In this document: positions 24,890 through 38,391 of the stretch, in pieces
How the letters are laid out: the number at the start of each line of letters is the position of its first letter
How positions within the stretch are numbered: the stretch's first letter is position 1
Source: Eledone cirrhosa
Lineage: Eukaryota
Assembly (NCBI GenBank): GCA_964016885.1
Contig: OZ024745.1
Span: forward strand, 10,478,001 to 10,542,000
DNA: 64,000 nucleotides
Reading direction: 5' to 3'
Program-made: the position numbers and the translations under genes
The notes under the pieces: model-generated
Told to the model about the DNA's origin: nothing
Seen by the model: the letters and a program-made list of their open reading frames with translations, nothing else
Database searches by the model: none

Positions 24890-27800
24890 TGTCTATCTTC
24901 TTCTTCAAACTCCCATCACTCAGTCAAGTCTATCTTCTTCAAACCCCCATCACTCAGTCAAGTCTATCTTCTTCAAACTCCCATCACTCAGTCAAGTCTA
25001 TCTTCTTCAAACTCCCATCACTCAGTCAAGTCTATCTTCTTCAAACTCCCATCACTCAGTCAAGTCTATCTTCTTCTTCAAACTCCCATCACTCAGTCAA
25101 GTCTATCTTCTTCTTCAAACCCCCATCACTCAGTCAAGTCTATCTTCTTCTTCAAACCCCCATCACTCAGTCAAGTCTATCTTCTTCTTCAAATTCCCAT
25201 CACTCAGTCAAGTCTATCTTCTTCTTCAAACTCCCATCACTCAGTCAAGTATATCTTCTTCTTCAAACCCCCATCACTCAGTCAAGTCTATCTTCTTCTT
25301 CAAACCCCCATCACTCAGTCAAGTCTATCTTCTTCTTCAAACTCCCATCACTCAGTCAAGTCTATCTTCTTCTTCAAACCCCCATCACTCAGTCAAGTCT
25401 ATCTTCTTCAAACCCCCATCACTCAGTCAAGTCTATCTTCTTCAAACTCCCATCACTCAGTAGAGTCTATCTTCTTCTTCAAACCCCCATCACTCAGTCA
25501 AGTCTATCTTCTTCTTCAAACCCCCATCACTCAGTCAAGTCTATCTTCTTCAAACCTCCATCACTCAGTCAAGTCTATCTTCTTCAAACCCCCATCACTC
25601 AGTCAAGTCTATCTTCTTCAAACTCCCATCACTCAGTCAAGTCTATCTTCTTCAAACTCCCATCACTCAGTCAAGTCTATCTTCTTCAAACTCCCATCAC
25701 TCAGTCAAGTCTATCTTCTTCTTCAAACTCCCATCACTCAGTCAAGTCTATCTTCTTCTTCAAACCCCCATCACTCAGTCAAGTCTATCTTCTTCTTCAA
25801 ACCCCATCACTCAGTCAAGTCTATCTTCTTCTTCAAACCCCCATCACTCAGTCAAGTCTATCTTCAAACTCCCATCACTCAGTCAAGTCTATCTTCTTCT
25901 TCAAACTCCCATCACTCAGTCAAGTCTATCTTCTTCTTCAAACCCCCATCACTCAGTCAAGTCTATCTTCTTCAAACCCCCATCACTCAGTCAAGTCTAT
26001 CTTCTTCAAACTCCCATCACTCAGTAGAGTCTATCTTCTTCTTCAAACCCCCATCACTCAGTCAAGTCTATCTTCTTCTTCAAACCCCCATCACTCAGTC
26101 AAGTCTATCTTCTTCAAACCTCCATCACTCAGTCAAGTCTATCTTCTTCTTCAAACTCCCATCACTCAGTCAAGTCTATCTTCTTCAAACTCCCATCACT
26201 CAGTCAAGTCTATCTTCTTCTTCAAACTCCCATCACTCAGTCAAGTCTATCTTCTTCTTCAAACTCCCATCACTCAGTCAAGTCTATCTTCTTCTTCAAA
26301 CTCCCATCACTCAGTCAAGTCTATCTTCTTCTTCAAACTCCCATCACTCAGTCAAGTCTATCTTTTTCTTCAAACCCCCATGACTCAGTCAAGTCTATCT
26401 TCTTCTTCAAACTCCCATCACTCAGTCAAGTCTATCTTTTTCTTCAAACCCCCATAACTCAGTCAAGTCTATCTTCTTCTTCAAACGCCCATCACTCAGT
26501 CAAGTCTATCTTCTTCTTCAAACCTCCATCACTCAGTCAAGTCTATCTTCTTCAAACTCCCATCACTCAGTCAAGTCTATCTTCTTCAAACTCCCATCAC
26601 TCAGTCAAGTCTATCTTCTTCTTCAAACTCCCATCACTCAGTCAAGTCTATCTTCTTCTTCAAACCCCCATCACTCAGTCAAGTCTATCTTCTTCTTCAA
26701 ACTCCCATCACTCAGTCAAGTCTATCTTCTTCAAACTCCCATCACTCAGTCAAGTCTATCTTCTTCAAACCCCCATCACTCAGTCAAGTCTATCTTCTTC
26801 TTCAAACCCCCATCACTCAGTCAAGTCTATCTTCTTCTTCAAACTCCCATCACTCAGTCAAGTCTATCTTCTTCAAACTCCCATCACTCAGTAGAGTCTA
26901 TCTTCTTCTTCAAACTCCCATCACTCAGTCAAGTCTATCTTCTTCAAACTCCCATCACTCAGTCAAGTCTATCTTCTTCTTCAAACCCCCATCACTCAGT
27001 CAAGTCTATCTTCTTCTTCAAACCCCCATCACTCAGTCAAGTCTATCTTCTTCAAACCCCCATCACTCAGTCAAGTCTATCTTCTTCAAACTCCCATCAC
27101 TCAGTAGAGTCTATCTTCTTCTTCAAACTCCCATCACTCAGTCAAGTCTATCTTCTTCAAACTCCCATCACTCAGTCAAGTCTATCTTCTTCTTCAAACC
27201 CCCATCACTCAGTCAAGTCTATCTTCTTCTTCAAAACCCCATCACTCAGTCAAGTCTATCTTCTTCAAACCTCCATCACTCAGTCAAGTCTATCCTCTTC
27301 TTCAAACTCCCATAACTCAGTCAAGTCTATCTTCTTCTTCAAACTCCCATCACTCAGTCAAGTCTATCTTCTTCTTCAAACTCCCATCACTCAGTCAAGT
27401 CTATCTTCTTCAAACTCCCATCACTCAGTCAAGTCTATCTTCTTCAAACTCCCATCACTCAGTCAAGTCTATCTTTTTCTTCAAACCCCCATGACTCAGT
27501 CAAGTCTATCTTCTTCTTCAAACTCCCATCACTCAGTCAAGTCTATCTTTTTCTTCAAACCCCCATCACTCAGTCAAGTCTATCTTCTTCTTCAAACGCC
27601 CATCACTCAGTCAAGTCTATCTTCTTCTTCAAACCTCCATCACTCAGTCAAGTCTATCTTCTTCAAACTCCCATCACTCAGTCAAGTCTATCTTCTTCAA
27701 ACTCCCATCACTCAGTCAAGTCTATCTTCTTCTTCAAACTCCCATCACTCAGTCAAGTCTATCTTCTTCTTCAAACTCCCATCACTCAGTCAAGTCTATC

Positions 27801-30800
27801 TTCTTCTTCAAACTCCCATCACTCAGTCAAGTCTATCTTCTTCAAACTCCCATCACTCAGTCAAGTCTATCTTCTTCAAACTCCCATCACTCAGTCAAGT
27901 CTATCTTCTTCTTCAAACCCCCATCACTCAGTCAAGTCTATCTTCTTCTTGAAACTCCCATCACTCAGTCAAGTCTATCTTCTTCAAACTCCCATCACTC
28001 AGTCAAGTCTATCTTCTTCTTCAAACTCCCATCACTCAGTCAAGTCTATCTTCTTCAAACTCCCATCACTCAGTCAAGTCTATCTTCTTCTTCAAACTCC
28101 CATCACTCAGTCAAGTCTATCTTCAAACTCCCATCACTCAGTCAAGTCTATCTTGAAACTCCCATCACTCAGTCAAGTCTATCTTCTTCTTCAAACTCCC
28201 ATCACTCAGTCAAGTCTATCTTCTTCAAACCCCCATCACTCAGTCAAGTCTATCTTCTTCTTCAAACCCCCATCACTCAGTCAAGTCTATCTTCTTCTTC
28301 AAACTCCCATCACTCAGTCAAGTCTATCTTCAAACTCCCATCACTCAGTCAAGTCTATCTTCTTCAAACCCCCATCACTCAGTCAAGTCTATCTTCTTCT
28401 TCAAACCCCCATCACTCAGTCAAGTCTATCTTTTTCTTCAAACCCCCATCACTCAGTCAAGTCTATCTTCTTCTTCAAACTCCATCACTCAGTCAAGTCT
28501 ATCTTCTTCAAACTCCCATCACTCAGTCAAGTCTATCTTCTTCTTCAAACTCCCATCACTCAGTCAAGTCTATCTTCTTCAAACCCCCATCACTCAGTCA
28601 AGTCTATCTTCTTCTTCAAACTCCCATCACTCAGTCAAGTCTATCTTCTTCTTCAAACTCCCATCACTCAGTCAAGTCTATCTTCTTCTTCAAACTCCCA
28701 TCACTCAGTCAAGTCTATCTTCTTCTTCAAACTCCCATCACTCAGTCAAGTCTATCTTTTTCTTCAAACCCCCATCACTCAGTCAAGTCTATCTTCTTCT
28801 TCAAACCCCCATCACTCAGTCAAGTCTATCTTCTTCTTCAAACCGCCATCACTCAGTCAAGTCTATCTTCTTCTTCAAACTCCCATCACTCAGTCAAGTC
28901 TATCTTCTTCTTCAAACTCCCATCACTCAGTCAAGTCTATCTTCTTCAAACTCCCATCACTCAGTCAAGTCTATCTTCTTCAAACTCCCATCACTCAGTC
29001 AAGTCTATCTTCTTCTTCAAACTCCCATCATTCAGTCAAGTCTATCTTTTTCTTCAAACCCCCATGACTCAGTCAAGTCTATCTTCTTCAAACTCCCATC
29101 ACTCAGTCAAGTCTATCTTCTTCTTCAAACTCCCATCACTCAGTCAAGTCTATCTTCTTCTTCAAACCCCCATCACTCAGTCAAGTCTATCTTCTTCAAA
29201 CCCCCATCACTCAGTCAAGTCTATCTTCTTCTTCAAACCCCCATCACTCAGTCAAGTCTATCTTCTTCTTCAAACCCCCATCACTCAGTCAAGTCTATCT
29301 TCTTCTTCAAACTCCCATCACTCAGTCAAGTCTATCTTCTTCTTCAAACTCCCATCACTCAGTCAAGTCTATCTTCTTCTTCAAACTCCCATCACTCAGT
29401 CAAGTCTTTCTTCAAACCCCCATCACTCAGTCAAGTCTATCTTCTTCTTCAAACTCCCATCACTCAGTCAAGTCTATCTTCTTCAAACCCCCATCACTCA
29501 GTCAAGTCTATCTTCTTCTTCAAACCCCCATCACTCAGTCAATCTATCTTCTTCTTCAAACCCCCATCACTCAGTCAAGTCTATCTTCTTCAAACTCCCA
29601 TCACTCAGTCAAGTCTATCTTCTTCTTCAAACTCCCATCACTCAGTCAAGTCTATCTTCTTCTTCAAACCCCCATCACTCAGTCAAGTCTATCTTCTTCT
29701 TCAAACCCCCATCACTCAGTCAAGTCTATCTTTTTCTTCAAACCCCCATCACTCAGTCAAGTCTATCTTCTTCTTCAAACCCCCATCACTCAGTCAAGTC
29801 TATCTTTTTCTTCAAACCCCCATCACTCAGTCAAGTCTATCTTTTTCTTCAAACTCCCATCACTCAGTCAAGTCTATCTTCTTCTTCAAACTCCCATCAC
29901 TCAGTCAAGTCTATCTTCTTCTTCAAACCCCCATCACTCTGTCAAGTCTATCTTCTTCTTCAAACACCCATAAACTCAGTCAAGTCTATCTTCTTCTTCA
30001 AACTCCCATCACTCAGTCAAGTCTATCTTCTTCTTCAAACTCCCATCACTCAGTCAAGTCTATCTTCTTCTTCAAACTCCCATCACTCAGTCAAGTCTAT
30101 CTTCTTCTTCAAACCCCCATCCCTCAGTCAAGTCTATCTTCTTCAAACTCCCATCACTCAGTCAAGTCTATCTTCTTCTTCAAACCCCCATCACTCAGTC
30201 AAGTCTATCTTCTTCTTCAAACTCCCATCACTCAGTCAAGTCTATCTTCTTCAAACTCCCATCACTCAGTCAAGTCTATCTTCTTCAAACCCCCATCACT
30301 CAGTCAAGTCTATCTTCTTCTTCAAACTCCCATCACTCAGTCAAGTCTATCTTCTTCTTCAAACTCCCATCACTCAGTCAAGTCTATCTTCTTCAAACCC
30401 CCATCACTTAGTCAAGTCTATCTTCTTCAAACCCCCATCACTCAGTCAAGTCTATCTTCTTCTTCAAACCTCCATCACTCAGTCAAGTCTATCTTCTTCA
30501 AACTCCCATCACTCAGTCAAGTCTATCTTCTTCTTCAAACTCCCATCACTCAGTCAAGTCTATCTTCTTCAAACCCCCATCACTCAGTCAAGTCTATCTT
30601 CTTCTTCAAACTCCCATCACTCAGTCAAGTTTATCTTCTTCTTCAAACCCCCATCACTCAGTCAAGTCTATCTTCTTCAAACTCCCATCACTCAGTCAAG
30701 TCTATCTTCTTCTTCAAACCCCCATCACTCAGTCAAGTCTATCTTCTTCAAACTCCCATCACTCAGTCAAGTCTATCTTCTTCAAACTCCCATCACTCAG

Positions 30801-33800
30801 TCAAGTCTATCTTCTTCTTCAAACCCCCATCACTCAGTCAAGTCTATCTTCTTCTTCAAACCCCCATCACTCAGTCAAGTCTATATTCTTCTTCAAACCC
30901 CCATCACTCAGTCAAGTCTATCTTCTTCAAACTCCCATCACTCAGTCAAGTCTATCTTCTTCTTCAAACCCCATCACTCAGTCAAGTCTATCTTCTTCAC
31001 ACCCCCATCACTCAGTCAAGTCTATCTTCTTCAAACCCCCATCACTCAGTCAAGTCTATCTTCAAACTCCCATCACTCAGTCAAGTCTATCTTCTTCTTC
31101 AAACCCCCATCACTCAGTCAAGTCTATCTTCTTCTTCAAATCCCCATAAACTCAGTCAAGTCTATCTTCTTCTTCAAACTCCCATCACTCAGTCAAGTCT
31201 ATCTTCTTCTTCAAACTCCCATCACTCAGTCAAGTCTATCTTCTTCTTCAAACTCCCATCACTCAGTCAAGTCTATCTTCTTCTTCAAACCCCCATCACT
31301 CAGTCAAGTCTATCTTCTTCAAACTCCCATCACTCAGTCAAGTCTATCTTCTTCAAACCCCCATCACTCAGTCAAGTCTATCTTCTTCTTCAAACTCCCA
31401 TCACTCAGTCAAGTCTATCTTCTTCAAACTCCCATCACTCAGTCAAGTCTATCTTCTTCTTCAAACCCCCATCACTCAGTCAAGTCTATCTTCTTCTTCA
31501 AACTCCCATCACTCAGTCAAGTCTATCTTCTTCAAACCCCCATCCCTCAGTCAAGTCTATCTTCTTCAAACTCCCATCACTCAGTCAAGTCTATCTTCTT
31601 CTTCAAACCCCCATCACTCAGTTAAGTCTATCTTCTTCTTCAAGCTCCCATCACTCAGTCAAGTCTATCTTCTTCTTCAAACCCCCATCACTTAGTCAAG
31701 TGTATCTTCTTCAAACCCCCATCACTCAGTCAAGTCTATCTTCTTCTTCAAACCCCCATCACTCAGTCAAGTCTATCTTCTTCTTCAAACCTCCATCACT
31801 CAGTCAAGTCTATCTTCTTCAAACTCCCATCACTCAGTCAAGTCTATCTTCTTCTTCAAACTCCCATCACTCAGTCAAGTCTATCTTCTTCAAACCCCCA
31901 TCACTCAGTCAAGTCTATCTTCTTCAAACTCCCATCACTCAGTCAAGTCTATCTTCTTCTTCAAACCCCCATCACTCAGTCAAGTCTATCTTCTTCAAAC
32001 TCCCATCACTCAGTCAAGTCTATCTTCTTCTTCAAACCCCCATCACTCAGTCAAGTCTATCTTCTTCAAACTCCCATCACTCAGTCAAGTCTATCTTCTT
32101 CAAACTCCCATCACTCAGTCAAGTCTATCTTCTTCTTCAAACCCCCATCACTCAGTCAAGTCTATCTTCTTCAAACCCCCATCACTCAGTCAAGTCTATC
32201 TTCTTCTTCAAACCCCCATCACTCAGTCAAGTCTATCTTCTTCTTCAAACCCCCATCACTCAGTCAAGTCTATCTTCTTCAAACTCCCATCACTCAGTCA
32301 AGTCTATCTTCTTCTTCAAACCCCATCACTCAGTCAAGTCTATCTTCTTCAAACCCCCATCACTCAGTCAAGTCTATCTTCTTCTTCAAACCCCCATCAC
32401 TCAGTCAAGTCTATCTTCTTCTTCAAACTCCCATCACTCAGTCAAGTCTATCTTCTTCTTCAAACCCCCATCACTCAGTCAAGTCTATCTTCTTCTTCAA
32501 ACCCCCATAAACTCAGTCAAGTCTATATTCTTCTTCAAACTCCCATCACTCAGTCAAGTCTATCTTCTTCTTCAAACTCCCATCACTCAGTCAAGTCTAT
32601 CTTCTTCTTCAAACCCCCATCACTCAGTCAAGTCTATCTTCTTCAAACTCCCATCACTCAGTCAAGTCTATCTTCTTCAAACCCCCATCACTCAGTCAAG
32701 TCTATCTTCTTCTTCAAACTCCCATCACTCAGTCAAGTCTATCTTCTTCAAACTCCCATCACTCAGTCAAGTCTATCTTCTTCTTCAAACTCCCATCACT
32801 CAGTCAAGTCTATCTTCTTCTTCAAACTCCCATCACTCAGTCAAGTCTATCTTCTTCTTCAAACTCCCATCACTCAGTCAAGTCTATCTTCTTCTTCAAA
32901 CCCCCATCACTCAGTCAAGTCTATCTTCTTCAAACCCCCATTACTCAGTCAAGTCTATCTTCTTCTTCAAACCCCCATCACTCAGTCAAGTCTATCTTCT
33001 TCTTCAAACCCCCATCACTCAGTCAAGTCTATCTTCTTCTTCAAACCCCCCATCACTCAGTCAAGTCTATCTTCTTCTTCAAACTCCCATCACTCAGTCA
33101 AGTCTATCTTCTTCAAACTCCCATCACTCAGTCAAGTCTACCTTCTTCAAACTCCCATCACTCAGTCAAGTCTATCTTTTTCAAACTCCCATCACTCAGT
33201 CAAGTCTATCTTCTTCTTCAAACCTCCATCACTCAGTCAAGTCTATCTTCTTCAAACTCCCATCACTCAGTCAAGTCTATCTTCTTCTTCAAACCCCCAT
33301 CACTCAGTCAAGTCTATCTTCTTCAAACTCCCATCACTCAGTCAAGTCTATCTTCTTCAAACCCCCATCACTCAGTCAAGTCTATCTTCTTCTTCAAACT
33401 CCCATCTCTCAGTCAAGTCTATCTTCTTCTTCAAACCTCCATCACTCAGTCAAGTCTATCTTCTTCCAACTCCCATCACTCAGTCAAGTCTATCTTCTTC
33501 TTCAAACTCCCATCACTCAGTCAAGTCTATCTTCTTCTTCAAACTCCCATCACTCAGTCAAGTCTATCTTCTTCTTCAAACCTCCATCACTCAGTCAAGT
33601 CTATCTTCTTCAAACTCCCATCACTCAGTCAAGTCTATCTTCTTCTTCAAACCCCCATCACTCAGTCAAGTCTATCTTCTTCTTCAAACCCCCATCACTC
33701 AGTCAAGTCTATCTTCTTCAAACTCCCATCACTCAGTCAAGTCTATCTTCTTCTTCAAACCCCCATCACTCAGTCAAGTCTATCTTCTTCAAACCCCCAT

Positions 33801-34216
33801 CACTCAGTCAAGTCTATCTTCTTCTTCAAACTCCCATCACTCAGTCAAGTCTATCTTCTTCTTCAAACCTCCATCACTCAGTCAAGTCTATCTTCTTCAA
33901 ACTCCCATCACTCAGTCAAGTCTATCTTCTTCTTCAAACTCCCATCACTCAGTCAAGTCTATCTTCTTCTTCAAACTCCCATCACTCAGTCAAGTCTATC
34001 TTCTTCTTCAAACCCCCATCACTCAGTCAAGTCTATCTTCTTCTTCAAACCCCCATCACTCAGTCAAGTCTATCTTCTTCTTCAAACCCCCATCACTCAG
34101 TCAAGTCTATCTTCTTCTTCAAACTCCCATCACTCAGTCAAGTCTATCTTCTTCTTCAAACCCCCCATCACTCAGTCAAGTCTATCTTCTTCTTCAAACC
34201 CCCATGACTCAGTCAA
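24890..34216. repeat. 34/37-bp satellite, ~9.3 kb, roughly 260 copies
   Basis: Unit tctatcttcttc(ttc)aaac(t/c)cccatcactcagtcaag, with a variable (TTC)n count. Confidence 0.97.
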
Positions 34217-34592
34217 CCAATTCACTGTTCACCTTCATATTGTTTACAAAGAAATGGCTGCCCTACATCCTGCCAGTCACTCTGTATTTGATTACATCTA
34301 ATAATTAACTTCCATGATTATCCAGTCCTCCCTAACAACCCCAACCTCCTCTTAAACACTTTTTTTCTGAATGTTCAGTGCGTGCGTGTGTATATATATA
34401 TGTTGGCACTACTGAAAAAAGGCACCCAGTACTCACTGTAAATGAGGTTGGTGTTAAGAAGGGCATCCAGCTGTAGAAATCAAGCCAGAATCAGTTCCCA
34501 TATGAGCAAGACAAGGTCACTTGACCTAACATTGCCCACAACAGGACAACCCATCTAACCCATGCTAGCGTGGAAGAATGGACGTAAAACGG

Positions 34593-34623
<31 letters not shown>

Positions 34624-34859
34624 ATATATATATATATTTATGTTTGTATGTATAAACACGCGCACAGACATAAAGATAATGATGGCTGGGTGAAGAAGTG
34701 GCAAGTAATCTCTGGCTGGAAATGGTGAGAGTTGATCTCAGATTGCTAAAGCTCATGGTGGAAATAAGAGAACACATGTGGAGAGATGCTGAGAAGGACC
34801 TGTCCAACCTATGCAAGGATGGAACAACTGATCTACAATGATGGTGATATATGTGTATA

Positions 34860-35585
34860 TCTATATATATAAAGACAAAGTTTTCTGTATGTGTGTGTGA
34901 ACAATTTTTAATGAGGGCTCATATATTCTAAACCATTCATGCAATTTCTTTGAAATTTTTTACAGAGCTTCTCCTTGCACAACACCTGTACATGATCTAC
35001 AAAGGCTTTCAAAATCGATATTGGGGCCTTTGGAGACATTAAAAAAGTTTTGGTTATTTGTGTCAATTTTCGTGATAAGACAAGAGTTATCTTTCATAAT
35101 TCGGCTCATTCGGATTTTAATTTACTCTTTGTACTTGAAACAAAAGGTACGCTTCCTTGACACTAACAATATCATTTTGTATATTTCACAACCAACAATT
35201 TCTAACAGATTACTAAGTTAAGTTATAGATTGGACATTGTATAATTTATCGTTTCAAGCTTGATGTTCATACATTAAGTGATGTCATAACTTTTACAATA
35301 TTATGCTATGTACATAATAGTGTCTATTATTCACTTCACTTCTCTATTTCATGATGCGCTTTTACTGTTGTCAAAAAAATGTATACCTAGACTGGTTTTC
35401 TGTTGTTACATGGTATAACGGATGACACCGAGCTCACATATTAATTATTTCGCTGGAATAGTGCCTAAGGTTTTCATGTTTACATAAAGTACGTTTTTCT
35501 TCTATGTATTCAAATTTAATTTGTTTAGTTTAATGAGCTACATCGAAAGCTACTTGAACCGTCCAAAGGACGGGTAGTTTAGCTA

Positions 35586-35586
<1 letters not shown>
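34860..35586 (+). mobile_element. Non-autonomous Helitron (727 bp)
   Basis: 5' A|TCTATATATATAAAG; 3' hairpin CCGTCC-AAA-GGACGG (35559-35573) about 10 nt before CTAG|T. AT target, no TSD. Confidence 0.8.
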
Positions 35587-35630
<44 letters not shown>

Positions 35631-35687
35631 TAGATACACACATTATATATACACACACACACACACATTATATATATACATACACAC

Positions 35688-35741
<54 letters not shown>

Positions 35742-36105
35742 GTCTGGTATTGTACAGCAATGTTTGTGTTTAATGTTCACAGTAAATGTGTATGTAGTTT
35801 AGTTTATGTATGTGTTGTGTGTGTGTATGTGTATGTATGTGTGTCTGCATATGTTGTGTAGGTGTGTGTGCATATATAAAGGTTGAATGCATACGTATGT
35901 TGTATTTGTGTGTGAACATACATATAAATATGTGTCAATGTATGCAAATATTGTTGTGTGTGTGTGTAAATATATTTGTGGGAATCATCATCATCATCAT
36001 ACGTCCGCTTTTCCCTGCTTGAAAGGGTGGGGATATATATATAAACATCTTTCTATACATACACACATGTAAATTAGTAGGGAAAATAAACGTTAGATGA
36101 TGATG

Positions 36106-36137
<32 letters not shown>

Positions 36138-36477
36138 TAATATACCTGTATATGTAAATATATATATATATACATGTACACACACTCAGATAGATGTACA
36201 ACTAAGAAAGTGTAATGCGTGGGGGTTAGTCTCCAGAATGTGTCCCCCTCCACCGTCCCTTGGCTGCCACACCTAAACACTTAACAGTATGTGCTAAATC
36301 TAATCTAAACAATGCACTTCTCCATCACTGAAACATGTAATTGTGTATTTGTTGGTTATCAAAACACACCATACCTTCCTACCTATCTCTCTCATTGGTA
36401 CACAATACACATGCACACGTATACAGGTATAGAGTCACATATATATACAGGTATAGAGTCACATATATATATATATA

Positions 36478-37365
36478 CAGGGTGCGGACAATATTTGTTC
36501 GCAAGATTACTGTCTTGGAAAAAATAATACAGTAGTTTTATTTTTTAAGATATATTTATCAAACTTGGGTCAGTTTGTCCTCATGACTTGTTCTTTCGAA
36601 CTCACTCGATAAAACCGCCATTGGCTTTGATGACGGCCTCAAGGCGGCCTCGGAACCGGCTACAGGCCTTCGTCACTGTCCCCCCAACTTAGGCTCCTAA
36701 AGGCACTTGTCAACCTGGCCTTTAGATGGTCTTTCGTATTGCAGCTAGATCTGTTGGGGTCCCGTTCCACTGCACCCCACACAAAGAAGTCGAGGGGGCT
36801 GCAGTCAGGCGAGCTGGGAGGCCAGATGTCAGGTGAAGTGTGGTCGACGAAGTTCTGACAGCCAGGCTTGGGTCTTTTGGCTGGTATGGCAGGGCTCTGA
36901 GTCTTGCTGCCACACGTACGGCCTACCTGCAGCTACCTGGTCGATCCAGGGCTTTACTACCTCGCTCAGAACACGGATGTAACTATAGGTGTTCAGCTTG
37001 AGGCCCTCAGGGAAGAAGTGAGGTGGCATGACGTCACCTTGACTGCTGACGACACCTAAGACCAACGTTGTCGCTGGAAACTTTGTCTGCATGACTCTGG
37101 GCACGTCTTTGGATGAGACAGCGAGCCTCCTGTTGTTCTGGGAGTTGATCTTCTGGCCTTATTTGTCCTCCCGGCGCGGATTCCAAGAAGAACTCCGTGT
37201 CTCTTCCACAAATTTGGAACTTCAAAATTATTCATAATCAATTATTCTGAAAATAAATAATGGAAATATAGTCACTGTTTTTATGAAAAGAGTGACAACA
37301 GAAGTAAAGAAAATTTGCATAAAATTAGCAGTTGAAAATTGCGAACAAATATCATCCACACCCTG
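36478..37365 (-). mobile_element. Internally deleted Tc1/mariner-superfamily DD37D (maT-type) transposon, 888 bp
   Basis: ~27-bp TIRs CAGGGTG(C/T)GGA..ATATTTGTTCGCAA flanked by TA. The transposase remnant ...GDVMPPHFF...YVWQQDSEPCHTS...WPPSSPDCSPLDFFVWG gives D-37-D spacing once a 2-nt frameshift is repaired. Confidence 0.88.
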
Positions 37366-37452
37366 TAAATATACATGTATAGAGTGACACATATATATAT
37401 ATATACAGGTATAGAGTCACACATATATATATATATACAGGTATAGAGTCAC

Positions 37453-37492
<40 letters not shown>

Positions 37493-37498
37493 GCATAG

Positions 37499-37552
<54 letters not shown>

Positions 37553-37558
37553 GCATAG

Positions 37559-37610
<52 letters not shown>

Positions 37611-37619
37611 GTATAGAGT

Positions 37620-37674
<55 letters not shown>

Positions 37675-37717
37675 GTATAGAGTCACATACATATATATAT
37701 ATATACAGGTATAGAGT

Positions 37718-37782
<65 letters not shown>

Positions 37783-37849
37783 GTATAGAGTCACACACAT
37801 ATATATATCATCATCATCATCATCATCATCATGATATATATACATATAT

Positions 37850-38388
37850 ATCATCACCGTTTTACGTCCGTTCTTCCACGCTAGCATGGGTTAGACGGCT
37901 TGTCCTGTTGTGGGCAGTGTCTGGTCGGCTGACCATGCCTTGCTCATACAGGAACTGGAACTGATTTGGCTTGATTTTTACAGCTGGAGGCCCTTCCTAA
38001 CACCAACCTCATTTACAGTGAGTGCTGGGTGCTTTTTCGTGGCGCCTACACGTCCACTTTACAGTGTGGGCTGGGTGCTTTTTTGCCGTGGCACCTCCAC
38101 GACCACCTTGCGGTGGGGGCATATTGTCTATATGCTTCAGCTTGTACCCATGGGAGGTCGGGTACTCTGTATTACTGCGTGACGCCAGAGGTCACGGTCG
38201 TGTGTCATCGCCTTTGAGAGGTGTAATTGGGTAAGGTCGGCTTTTATCACCTCATCCCAGGTCATCTTGGGTCTCCCCACTCCGCGGTTTCCATCGACTT
38301 CTAGTGCTCTGCACCTTTTTATGCAGCTGTCATCCTTCATATGCATCACATGTCCATACCAACGCAACCGCCTCTCCTGCACACAGCA
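37850..38388 (-). mobile_element. RTE family-1 3' fragment
   Basis: Near-identical to 15930-16469. Confidence 0.9.
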
Positions 38389-38391
38389 CAC

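Noticed and set aside
20112-34207. Very long ORFs (up to 2098 aa) on both strands
   Set aside because: They are translations of the 48-bp and 34/37-bp satellites, open in several frames at once with no codon-level constraint, and lie inside the SHMT intron.
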